Assembly (NCBI GenBank): GCA_002104945.1
Contig: MCFH01000010.1
Span: 372,001-436,000, forward strand
From: Piromyces finnis finn
Taxonomy: Eukaryota > Fungi > Neocallimastigomycota
DNA length: 64,000 nucleotides
Reading direction: 5' to 3'
The translations under genes and the position numbers were made by a program. The notes beneath the pieces were generated by a model, which was not told the DNA's origin, made no database searches, and worked only from the letters and a program-made list of their open reading frames with translations. Of the stretch, positions 14,631-30,511 are shown piece after piece (position 1 is the stretch's first letter; every line of letters begins with the position of its first letter).

Positions 14631-15468
14631 CAAAAAGGAATAATAAATTAAAATATTAATAAATGGTAGGTCATATATATTTTTGAATTATCCATTGAAA
14701 TATTATATTTTGATTGGATATATATTATATTCATAATATATTAGATTATTTCAAAGTTTTAATAAATTTTAAAAGAAAAGTTTTGTAAATTTTGTTATCT
14801 TGTAATTATATGATTTATGTTAATGAAAATAGATACGATAAATAAGTAGTAGTATCAACCAAAAAATATTTTTTATTCACTAATTTTTATAATAATTATA
14901 CATATAATTTTAAAAATATCTTAATTATTAAAAGATAATTATAGTATATAGATAAATTTTTTAAAAAAATTGAAAAAAAAAATATAAAAAAATATTAAAT
15001 AGTTTTCTATAATTTCAAAAAGAAAATGTTTCAATTTTTATGAAAAATAAAAATGTTACACAAAATCTTTTATATTTTATTTTTATAGTAAACGTAATAT
15101 TTATTTATTATTTTCACTTTGTGGTTGAAAACTTTTTTTTTTGAATTATATATAAAATTAATATATAATTTATTTAAATACTTTGGGTAATCATTTTTAT
15201 TATATATTAATAAAATAACTAACATTTAAAATAAAAATAAAAAAAAAAGGAAATTATATATAGAAAAAAAACACTTATTTAAATATATGCATATTAATAA
15301 TGATTCACAAATAAAAAAATTTTTTTTCTTTTTTTAAATTTTTAAAAATTATTTAATAAATAATAAAAATTCTGATTACCATTTTATAAAATATATTTAT
15401 ATTTTTTTTAATAAAAAAAAAAAAACATTAACAATAATAGTAATTATGAAAATATAACATATAATTCA

Positions 15469-19890
<4,422 letters not shown>

Positions 19891-22670
19891 TTTTAATCAC
19901 TTATTTTAATATTTCAAATTTTTCAATGATTGAGTTTTATTTCTAATTATAAGTATAATTTAAAAATTTTCAAATGTTAAAGAACTTTAAGAATTTATAT
20001 ATTATTTAAAAAAAAAAAAGTGAACTAATTTATTTAAATCTTTAAAACAAAGGTATATACTTACTATTATTATTATCTAATTTACAAATTTTAAATAAAA
20101 TATTTCTATAATTGTAATGTAACTCGCTTAAACATTAGTATTATAAATTTAATAAATCCGCTTTTTATATATAATTAAAAAGCTTATTTATTTATCTTTT
20201 AAAATTTACTTATTTATCTTTTTATTGTTAATAACTCTTTAGATTTTACTTTTTCCGCATATATATAATTTAAAATAATAAAATTTTATTATTTTCTTTT
20301 ATAATAACTTATTATGTAACAAAATAACTACTCTGGTTTTTCTATATTTATTAACCTTTAACAAAAAGTTTTCGGTATAATTAATAATTATTTTAAAAGT
20401 AATATTTTTAATATATATTTGTCTATCCGATTAAATACTTGTATATAAATTGGAAAATTAAAAAATGTTTACTAAATATTTAAAATAAATATTTTTGTTA
20501 TATTTTATAATTTAAATTTCTTGCGATTTTTATAAAAGACATATTTATATGTTATTTTATATATATAAGTATATATAAATAAAAATATTATTAATTACTA
20601 TAATTGTTTTTATTTATTATTTATTATTTATTTAATGTTGTTTCCTTTTTACTATTATGTGTGTATTTACTTTTTTTATTTTATTTTATTTTTTTTTTAG
20701 TTTGCTTTTTTTTTTTTTGGAAATTTGAATTTTTAAATATTTTACATAAATATTTTTTGAATGTATTTCTTTTATATTTTTATAATCTTTTTTTATTTAA
20801 TTATATGTAATCATATATTTATTTTGAAATTATAAAGAATGAAAAGAAAAGAAAAAAAAAGGAATGGTAATTATTTATTTACCATTATCTTTTGAATATT
20901 TACTTTAAATATATATAAAGTTTATTTAAAAGATATTAAAAGAAGTATATATTATATATACTTAAATTTTACTTTTATTTTTTTTACTTTTTTTTTTTTT
21001 TTCTAATTACAATTAAATTATATGATTAACATTAAAATCATTCATTCTTTTTAAACTTTTATTTTAAAAGAGAATTTATAATCCAATCTTTAAAAATTTT
21101 TTTATTATAGTTGATAAGTAAATATAAATAATATATTTACTTATTATATTAGAATACATTAATATATATTAATATTAATTAAATTTTAATTTACAAATTT
21201 AATTTTAAAGAGAAGAAATATATTATTATATTAAATCAATATAAATGTTTACGATTTATTAAAATAAAATTAAAAATTATGAAATAAGCTTTTACATAAA
21301 TTGATATATTATATTTCGAAAGTTTAATTAATATAATAATTATAATATTATATATAAAAAAAAGAATTTGGAATTTTTTTAAAACATTGAAATATTTTTG
21401 TGAAATAAAATATCCTATAGAACTTTTATATTATCTATGACCTATTTTTTTTTTTTTATTTCTTTTATATAAAAATTATAAGATATAAAAACATATTTAT
21501 AATATTTTAAAATTTGAGTACTATAAATATATTTTTTCTTTCTTTTTTTTTATTTTATAAATATTTAATCTATAATAAAATAATAACATTACATATATAA
21601 TATAATTTCATTGCTTTTTTAATACAATTATATTTTTAATGGAAAAACATTAAAATATAATTTTTTTCCCTTATCTTTAAATATATATATTATTTTTAAA
21701 TAAAATCTATAGTAATTCTATTCTAAAAAAATCGAAATTTACAATAATAGTATTAAAAATCATCATTTTTACAATTAAACTAAAAAAAGGTCGGATTTAA
21801 TTCTGTCCTTATGATTATATCAACTTTCTAGTATTAAAGTTCTTTGAACTCTTAAAGTATCAGATTGTTTACCTAATAAATAAGAATAAGTGCTAGATTT
21901 AATCCTCCATAAGACAGGATAGTTTTATACTACTAATAACTACTAATTAAATAGTAGATTTAAAAAAATGATTTATTATTTTTTATTATATCCATTATAT
22001 TATTCATATTATATATATGAAATCTTTAATTAATAATATAACATTACTTCTAATTTAATTCTATATTTTGATATTGATATAGAATTTCTTATTAGTGTAA
22101 TTTTCTATAGATATTTATACACAAAAGTAAATGATAATGATAGTTATAAACAAATTTAATAAAATTTAATAATAATTATAATATAATATCCTTTGAAAAA
22201 TATATCGAATAGTTTTAAAAAAATTAATAAGTATAATAACAATAAAAGTAAAAAAATAATTTTAATAAATAATTAAATTTTTTTTTTTGAAAAAAAAAAA
22301 AAAGGAATAAGAAAAGAAAGAAACATGAAGTAATAAGTTTTTTTTTTTTTTTTTTTTTTTGTAATAAAAAAAAGAGAAAAAAAAGTTTGATTAATACAAA
22401 ACATTTAATACATTTTAAATAATAATATCTTTTAAGAAAATATTTATTTTAATTACCAAAATCTAATATAAAATAATACATGTATTATTTTATATAATAT
22501 ATATATAATATATATAGTTAAAATGATTGGATTATTATGGACATAAATAGAATTCTAATTAAAAATAATATTTATTTAGTTATATTTATTATAATATAGA
22601 AAAATAACTTAAAATATACCAAATAAGTTCTAAATACATTTAATATTAATTATTTTATTATGAAGAAAAA

Positions 22671-25600
22671 ATGGATAAAAATTCTATTACTCATTTATAT
22701 GAATTTTGTCAACGAAAAAATTCAAAAGTAACATTATCTGATTTGACATTTGAATATTGTATGCGCTTATAATAATTTAACATACTTCTTTCCATAATTT
22801 AATAATTATAGAATATATTAATTAATTTATTTCAATACAAAAATATTATAATTACTTTACATTTTTTATTATTCATAATAATAAATGATTATTTTTTATA
22901 CTCTATTTTTAACAATTACTTATAACTATTAATAATATACAGTAACTGAAAATCAATTATATAATTGTAAAATTAAGATTTCAAATAAATGTATAAATAA
23001 AGAGTATTATGATTTGTCATTCTTTTCCAAGAGTAAAAAGGAAGCAAAAAATAAAATAGCGGAAGTGGTATACAAGGATTTAATTACAAATGGAGAATTA
23101 AAGTATATTCCATTTTCCATATTTGTATTATTTGTATATTTATTAATATTATATTAAATGCCGTTGCTGAAATAACATTTTTTATTAATATAATAAAATC
23201 AATATAGTAATAATAACGATGAAGATGATAATAAAAATTATATTGTAAAATTAAATGAATATTTACAGGACAAAAATACAAGTATCAATTTATCTGACGT
23301 TTCATTTATTTATGGTTGGTATTAATATTTTTTAATATAAATTAATATTACTATATTATTATATTATTATTTCATATTAATTATAAAAGAACTTATTAGA
23401 TATAAATAGTAATGATGGTACATACAATTGTATTGTAAAAATTGAAAAACGTAGTAAGGAATATAATTTTCATCTTCATTGTAAAAGTAAAAAAGCAGCA
23501 AAGAATGAAATATCTGAACATGTTTATAAAGCACTAACTGAAAAAACGTATTTACCATAAATAATATTGATTATAGATAATATTAATTATTTTATCTAAA
23601 TATCTAAATTATCTATTAATAATAAATATTTATTATAATACTAAATAATATAGAGATAATGATTTATTCAATGAAAGTATACGGAATATATTGTCAAAAA
23701 ATAGTATTAATATTGATGACTTAGAAATTGAAATCATGGAAGATAAAGATGAGGAGGAGGAGGAGGACAATCCAATAAAGTTAATATGTTTAATAAAATT
23801 TAAAAAATTTCCAAATAAATATTTTTTGAATATGGAACCCTTAACCAAAAATGAAATAAATGAAAATTTTATGGAATATCTAAGAAAAAATGATGAATTT
23901 ATATGTAATATTGAAAACAATAAAAAGAAAGGTAAGAGCAAATAAAAATATTATTATAAATAACATTTAAAAGTCATTATTATTAAATATACTAGATATT
24001 AGTTAGATAATAACCTAATATATTTTATTAATTTTTCTTTTTCTTTCTTTTCTTTTTTTTTTTATTTTATTTTATTTATAAAAAGAAAAAAGCGAATATA
24101 AAATAGAAGATTATGAGAAAATACATGGTATAAAATGTGAATTTAAAGATAATGATAATATTGAAGTCGGAAAAAAGAGTGTAAAATGTAGATATGAAAT
24201 ATTAGGAATTCTCTTAGGAGAAGGGAAAAAAAAAATTCATCAAAATTCAGATATTCAATTCTTAAAAGTGGATGCAGAAAAATCTGCCAAAGCAAAGGCG
24301 TTGGAAAAACTAAAGCAGCTAGAAAATAGTAGCCTTGATGAAGAGAAAGCCTTTATTTTATATAAAAATGAAATTAATTTGAAAATTAATAAAGAAATAT
24401 ATTATATAGCAATTAATGAACAAGAAACACAATATAATAGTTATATTCAAAATATTACTCAAAACTTTACATCAACATCATCTAAAAAAGAAGAAAAAAA
24501 ATACTTAAATGATATAAATAATATAATAACTGAGGAAATGAATAAAATAAAAAAAGAGAAAAAGTTCAATGGAAGTTATCTTATTAAAAAAATTAATAAT
24601 TACGAAGTTTGGAACTTAATTAACTATGAAATAATCCTTTTTATTGAATTCCAAATTCAATATATTAGTTATTGTAAAGAAAGAATATATAATGCTATAT
24701 GTTATAAATATAAAAAAGTGTTAGATGAATGTATGGAGGATGAAAATTTTGAAAAGGAAAATAAAATAAGATTTAGATTAAAAAATGGTTGTACTTTTTC
24801 AATATATATTGGATCTTCCTTATATGATAAATTATTAACAAAGCATATCATTTCATTTAAGGGATGCTTAGATATAGAAAGAAAATATATACAGTTTGTA
24901 ATTTTATGGTCTAACCTTGTATTATATCAAAAATTTGACGATAAAAAATACAGGGATTATTTCAATTTTCTCAAAGAGCAAGAAAGAATATTCACTACTT
25001 TAGCTTTATTTTCATGGGATTATACCATAAAAGTCATGAAAGTAATATTAATATTATCCTTTTTTAAAAAATTATTAAATAATACTAATTAAAAAAATTA
25101 TAATCAATTAACTAACTTATTATTATTATTTCATTTAATAATTTACTAATTTATAAATTTAAAATTAAAAAAAAGGAAATTGACAACAAAAATAAAAAAA
25201 ATATTTATATATATTCATTTATCACATTAATTAATGTTATTTTGAATTATATATCTGCAGAAATTTGCTGGTATGAGATTGAAAATATTAAACCTCCTTA
25301 CCTTATTGATCCAATATCTAATAGAAATTTAATAACATCTAAAAACCAATTTATTTGGAAAGCATATAAAAAATATTGCGAAAAAATTTATAATAAAGAT
25401 ACTAAAAGAGTTATATTATTTTCAGATGACAATAAAGAAAATGAGTATAAAATTTATTTCCAACCATATATTCAAGATAAGGAATCTTTTAATATTGAGC
25501 AAGTTTTCTTTAAAGTAAATTATAAAGAAAATATCATCACAGTAAAATCATCTTTATATCACATTCCGAAATATTCAAGAAACAAAGAAAAATTAAATGT

Positions 25601-26004
25601 TATATTCAATTCTCTACAATCTTACTTATTATTGAATATATATAATTCGGATAATTCTATTGAAATCCAGAATTTGAATAATGCAAAGGATGTTTTAAAA
25701 TTCGAGTAAGAAAAAAAAATTCTACTAATATTTTATTTATTTATTTTAATTTATATTAAATTTATTTAATATTAATATTATTGTTATTATTATTAATATA
25801 CAAAGTGATCTTAATAAAAGATTAACAAAAGAACTAAAATATAGAATTAAAGCATTTTTTACTAATTTCATAAAGGAAGATAAAATTAAAGAGAAAGATC
25901 CAGATGAATTAATGGAATTTAGGGACTATGAAAAAAATATATTATACTTTATTCTTGGTAATAATACAAATGTATCCATTACTATTATTGTGAAATTTAA
26001 ATAG
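22671..26004 (+). CDS. Multi-dsRBD (double-stranded RNA-binding) protein with unassigned C-terminal region (8 exons, 821 aa)
   Basis: Exons 22671-22758, 22943-23102, 23208-23314, 23400-23547, 23654-23931, 24086-25041, 25176-25705 and 25806-26004 are all in phase (2466 nt). dsRBD1: ITHLYEFCQRK...SKSKKEAKNKIAE. dsRBD2: YIVKLNEYLQ...CKSKKAAKNEISE. A further degenerate copy: CRYEILGILLGEG...DAEKSAKAKALEKL. Confidence 0.75.
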
Positions 26005-26168
26005 ACGAAAACATTATAATATAAATAGTATATATGCGTAGTATGTAAATAATATATATTATGAATATATGCTGTTTATATATATATTTATATTCTTAGT
26101 AATAATACAAATGTATCCATTAAAATAGACTAAAACATTATAATATAAATAGTATATATGCGTAGTAT
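25951..26168 (+). repeat. Direct duplication of the dsRBD gene's 3' end
   Basis: Copy A 25951-26044 (includes the stop codon) and copy B 26092-26168 share attctt(g/a)gtaataatacaaatgtatccatt...aaatagac(g/t)aaaacattataatataaatagtatatatgcgtagtat. Copy B lacks about 17 bp. Confidence 0.9.
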
Positions 26169-26195
26169 TATCAACTAATATTATATAATATCAAG

Positions 26196-26243
<48 letters not shown>

Positions 26244-26279
26244 AACAGCATATATTCATAATATATATTATTTACATAC
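26041..26279. repeat. Perfect 46-bp inverted repeat with 147-nt spacer
   Basis: 26041-26086 (gtatgtaaat...gctgtttatatatata) is the exact reverse complement of 26234-26279. The spacer holds duplication copy B and a ~31-nt poly-A run. Confidence 0.92.
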
Positions 26280-26339
26280 ATATTGATACAATAAATAATA
26301 AATAAAAACAATAAAATATATATAAATAAAAATATAAAT

Positions 26340-28550
26340 ATAAAATAATTATTTAAGTTGCATAAAAGTTTAATGAACTCTGCAATTTGTACTGTGTGGG
26401 ATTGGTCCCTACCTAATAAATTAAATGAAATAAAAAGAAGGAACATCAGGTATGATAGTGTGGTGTCACTAAACTCTCCCATGAGTTCATAATGTTTTCA
26501 TTCGATGAAATACTAACATTGAACCCTATGTACGGAACACTGAGAATATTCCTTTGCCATATCGGTACGATGTCGGCGCTCTTGATTACGTTAGGTGTCT
26601 TACTAAACCTACCAAAAAATAGCTTCATAGAGCTACTAATGATAGGGATTATTTTAGTAAGAAAAGCCGTGAGACCCTCTACATATGGAACATGAGACCC
26701 CGATGAACTGTAAAGTTGTTCATTCAAATGTCTTTGTTCCACCTTATCGATTTGTAGCTCATCATAAGCTAAAGTTCCACCAAGAAGGAACGTAAAAATA
26801 TAGTTATAAATTGTTTTTCTTACTTCCGTTTCGGGGAGTAAGTATGTGATGAATTGATTCTTATATTTATTGTAAAAAAGGGTAAAAAGATCGTCAAGAA
26901 AGCTGAGTAAAGAAGTTCTGTACTCAGAGAATGCAAAACATTCTAATATCCAACGGTAAAAAGATTGTTCGTCATATCCGCAACATGGACAGACATGAGG
27001 GCAGTTAGGAGTAACTCTATTACTGGCAATAGCAATTCGGGTAGTGTATTCATAACCGCATCGAATACGAATAATCCAGGTAATTCCTAAATATAAGTGA
27101 GGCTTGTTGAAACCGATATGCATTGGACGATTTGAATTAAGGAATTTGTTGTTAGTATATCTGATGGCTTTATTTCCATCATTTAGGCTACCTATTATTC
27201 CAATAATATTCTCTAATATCTTTAGTACTTTTAATATTTATTTTCATAAGCTGAACAAGATTCTTTGGCCCAAGAGTAATGAGACATAGGAGGAATAGAT
27301 CGGACGAGATTTTTAATAATGCAATTTAATTTTCTCCATTTAACAAAGCATTTCACTTGTTGCACAGCACAAATACCTGAAAGGGTAGGAATCTTCATAT
27401 CTCTTGTAAGAGCATACAGACTAATAAATGAATTTCGTTCAAAAGCAAAATCTTTGTTGTTAAGAATTTATTTCAAAAGACATTTCATTTAAATTAGCCT
27501 AATCAAGGACTAGATTGAGCATCTTTTGAAGGTTCTTCTTGCTAAGAGCAATCAGAACAATGGCATCAGCGAAAAGGCCACCACAGCAACGTTTATTTCC
27601 TAAGCTAACTCCAAGCCTTTCACATTTATTTAAAATATAATTGATGAAGAGATTAAATAGAATAGGAAAAAGAGGATATCCTTGTCTTACACCACGATTG
27701 ATAGGGAATTCAAAGAAGAAAATTTAAAGGAAAAGTCACTTATGTTACTTTTCTAGACCTTAAAAAAGCATACGACTCAGTTCCTATTTTTAATATCCTT
27801 ACAAAGTTATATAAATTAGGTATACGTAGTAAGTGTTTTGATTTTCTCAATAATCTCTACTCTATCCCAAAAGCTCGTGCATGTTTCTTGGATATGCTTT
27901 CTAATGGAAATAAATAAGCTAATGCATTCTTCTTTATTGCGAAAACCAAATTGCTCAGGTCTTATAAAATTATGAGAAAGAACATACTTTGAAATTCTAT
28001 CAGTTACGATTTTTGAAATGATTTTAAGACCTACGTTGATGAGAGAAATTCCACGATAATTATTACAATCTGAAAGATCGCCTTTCTTTGGAATAGAAAC
28101 AATGGAAGCAGAGTTCCATTTCAAAGAAAAGGATCCATTCCAGATTATATTAAAAATTAATTTAAGACAATTTCCAGAAGACTTATGTTCTTTTTCCAGT
28201 TCTTTGTTACAAAAGAAAGCTTTGAGGAATTCAAAGCTTCAGGATTGGCACGTTTATGTACTGGTTTATAGTTCAGCAGGTATGGGGAGGAAATTGCATT
28301 ACCACAGAGGAATTGGCTGTTACCTACTTCTTGAAGGCAGACACATACAGGTTTGAAAACAGAGATGAAGTATAAAACACCGTCCTTTTTCTCAGGGTTC
28401 CAACCATTGATGTTCCAGCAAATACATAAATTGAAAAAGGAAGCATTAGAACTTAAGTGACTAAAATAGAAATCGTCAGAGAGTGGACCACGACGTAAGG
28501 TAGGTACAGTACAATTGGTATTGTTCATTTTGAAAGAACTTATTATGACA
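26340..28550 (-). mobile_element. Degenerate non-LTR retrotransposon (LINE: APE + RT + C-terminal Zn motif), internally deleted, with an inverted segment
   Basis: APE start CWNINGW...CLQEV; RT segments KWNSASIVSIPKKGD...NYRGISL...EQFGFR, FLDLKKAYDSV (on the + strand), RGVRQGYPL and LFADA (second catalytic Asp lost); CPCC...WILEC. Contains stops, frameshifts and deletions. A gggaccaatccc stem-loop follows the ORF. Outer boundaries are approximate. Confidence 0.93.
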
Positions 28551-29217
28551 ATAGATATTAATAAATTGAAGTATTGATATATTGATATAAATAAGATAAT
28601 AAAATAAAATATATAGTAAAATAAAAAATAATAATAGTAAAGACGGATATATTAAATAGCTAGTGGATTATTTGTCAAACAATATTTTAAATTTAATACT
28701 GGAAAAGTGGCTAAGTTGTTGACAAACTTAGTTCTAACTCTACTGAAGACTTTAAACGGGAAAATAAATTTTGAATATCTATCACTTTGGATTTCTGTAT
28801 TATAACTGTATTTTGAAAGCTCTTTATATTAATAAGAATTGTATAATTTATTGGATGATTATTGTATTGTGTTGATTCTGATTGTTGAAATTGAACATTC
28901 ATATAGGTTGTTTATATTGTAAGGTAGAGAGATAATAAGAGTGAAAAGTTGTTATATCAAAAATAATGGAAAAAAGTTGAAGAATTTTAGGTAAACATAA
29001 TAAAAAAAATTTTTTTTAAAGATAAAATTGAAACAAGAGTAGTATTTATAATATAAAAATAGAATACTCGATTTTCCAGGATAAAAGCTTTGATAATAAA
29101 AATGTTAAAAAAAAGGTGTTAATACTTACCATAATAGTCCATAATAAACCTAATAAAGTTATACAAATATATAAATATACATATAATATAAAGTATAAGA
29201 AATATATATATATATAG

Positions 29218-29400
29218 AAAAGAGATAGAAAAAGTATACAAAAGAATGTTAGTAGAAAAGAGATTCCTTGGAAAATCTAGAGTTACAAAAAATAAGAAAT
29301 AAAAAGATATTACTAGAATCATATAAAATCATAAAAGAAGAATAAAAAAAGCCGCGCCCCTCGAAAAAAATAAAAATAAAAATAGAAAAAATAAAAAGAT
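29218..29400 (+). mobile_element. Probable 5'-truncated 3' end of a second LINE family
   Basis: Short reading EIEKVYKRMLVEKRFLGKSRVTKNKK*, then a purine-rich UTR, a GC-rich terminal motif aagccgcgcccctcg and an A-rich tail (aaaaaaataaaaataaaaatagaaaaa). Confidence 0.45.
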
Positions 29401-29709
29401 TAAATATGATTATAGTAATGAAAGCCGCACCCCACAACGAAACTCAAGAATAAATGAAAGGAATAACAAACTAACTGAAAAACAAAACTATCTGACTAAT
29501 CAACATATAGAGAATAAAAAGGAATAAAAGAACAAAGAGAATAAGTAGTAAACTGGGATAACAAATTATCAATGAAAGCTAAAATAAAAATGAAATCAAA
29601 AAATATTCAGAATCAGTATTTAATACTACCAAATCAAACAATTTTAAGTTTAAAAATGATATGTTATAAAAGTTGTTAAAGCAACTACTATCTAAAAATA
29701 AGTTGAAGG

Positions 29710-30091
29710 TGTAAGGGATATATGATATAACAACTAACACTCAAATTATCGACTCTATTCGCTCAGTACCATGAGCTTAGTCCTAATAATATTCCCAAGT
29801 AAAGACTAACCAAGCATCCATTGCGCAATACTTGGATTTAATTCTTTCTACTCTCTCAGTACCATGAGCATGAGTAGAGCCCCTTGAGAAATTCCATTTA
29901 TTAAATAAATGAAGGCACGTTCCCAAGGGGGAAGGAAAATATGGTATAACAACTGTCACTCAGATTACCAGTCGAAAATTATTGCCTTTTCTTACCAATG
30001 TTTCAGAAACCTTTTTTCTTTTAATTCCAATTTATTATATTATAGCTCTTTCATGTAATATTTAATATTTAATAATTTTATACTCTTATCA
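29710..30091. other. GC-elevated repeat/hairpin island (solo-LTR-like or structured ncRNA)
   Basis: Starts TGTAAGGG and could end at ctcttatCA. Contains two copies of ctcagtaccatgagc, two copies of atatg(a/g)tataacaact..cactca.atta.c and four hairpins. No target-site duplication found. Confidence 0.4.
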
Positions 30092-30139
30092 AGAAAAGTT
30101 TTTTTATTATATATTAAACTCTTTTTTAAAAAAAAAAAA

Positions 30140-30223
<84 letters not shown>
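30140..30223. repeat. (AAT)~28 microsatellite
   Basis: Uninterrupted aat run following a poly-A stretch. Confidence 0.97.
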
Positions 30224-30224
<1 letters not shown>

Positions 30225-30511
30225 TACCTTAAACTATAAATAAAAGAAATATGTTTAAATTTTTATTTTATTATCATTGTATATATGTATATATATATAT
30301 ATATATTAAAAAAATTGTTTTATTTTATTACAATCAATAATTATGTTAATGATATTATATATTATATATTATATATCATATTATTATTTATATACTTATA
30401 AAAAACGTATATTAAAAGAATTAAAATTTTCAAAAATTTATTGTTATTAATAATATTTTTATCATTTATAATCTATCCATATTCTTTATTAAATGATCAT
30501 ATTAAAATCAT

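Noticed and set aside
21803-21917. Box C/D snoRNA
   Set aside because: A C-like ATGATTA is present, but there is no CTGA D box next to the 3' stem on either strand.
24760-24960. Resemblance of the dsRBD protein C-terminus to PCIF1/CAPAM (LYDKL...ERKYIQ...LVLYQ)
   Set aside because: Superficial only; the diagnostic ECFASP and NPPF motifs are absent.
25972-25980. GTATCCATT as a second U12 donor
   Set aside because: Mismatch at +7, it lies in an open exon near the stop, and no downstream exon is evident.
29761-29776. Iron-responsive element or hammerhead ribozyme
   Set aside because: The CAGUAC hexamer is not flanked by a 5-bp IRE stem, and there is no CUGANGA...GAAA core on either strand.
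29710-29970. CRISPR-like array
   Set aside because: Only two copies of each repeat, with irregular spacing (93 and ~220 bp) and no cas genes; eukaryotic context.
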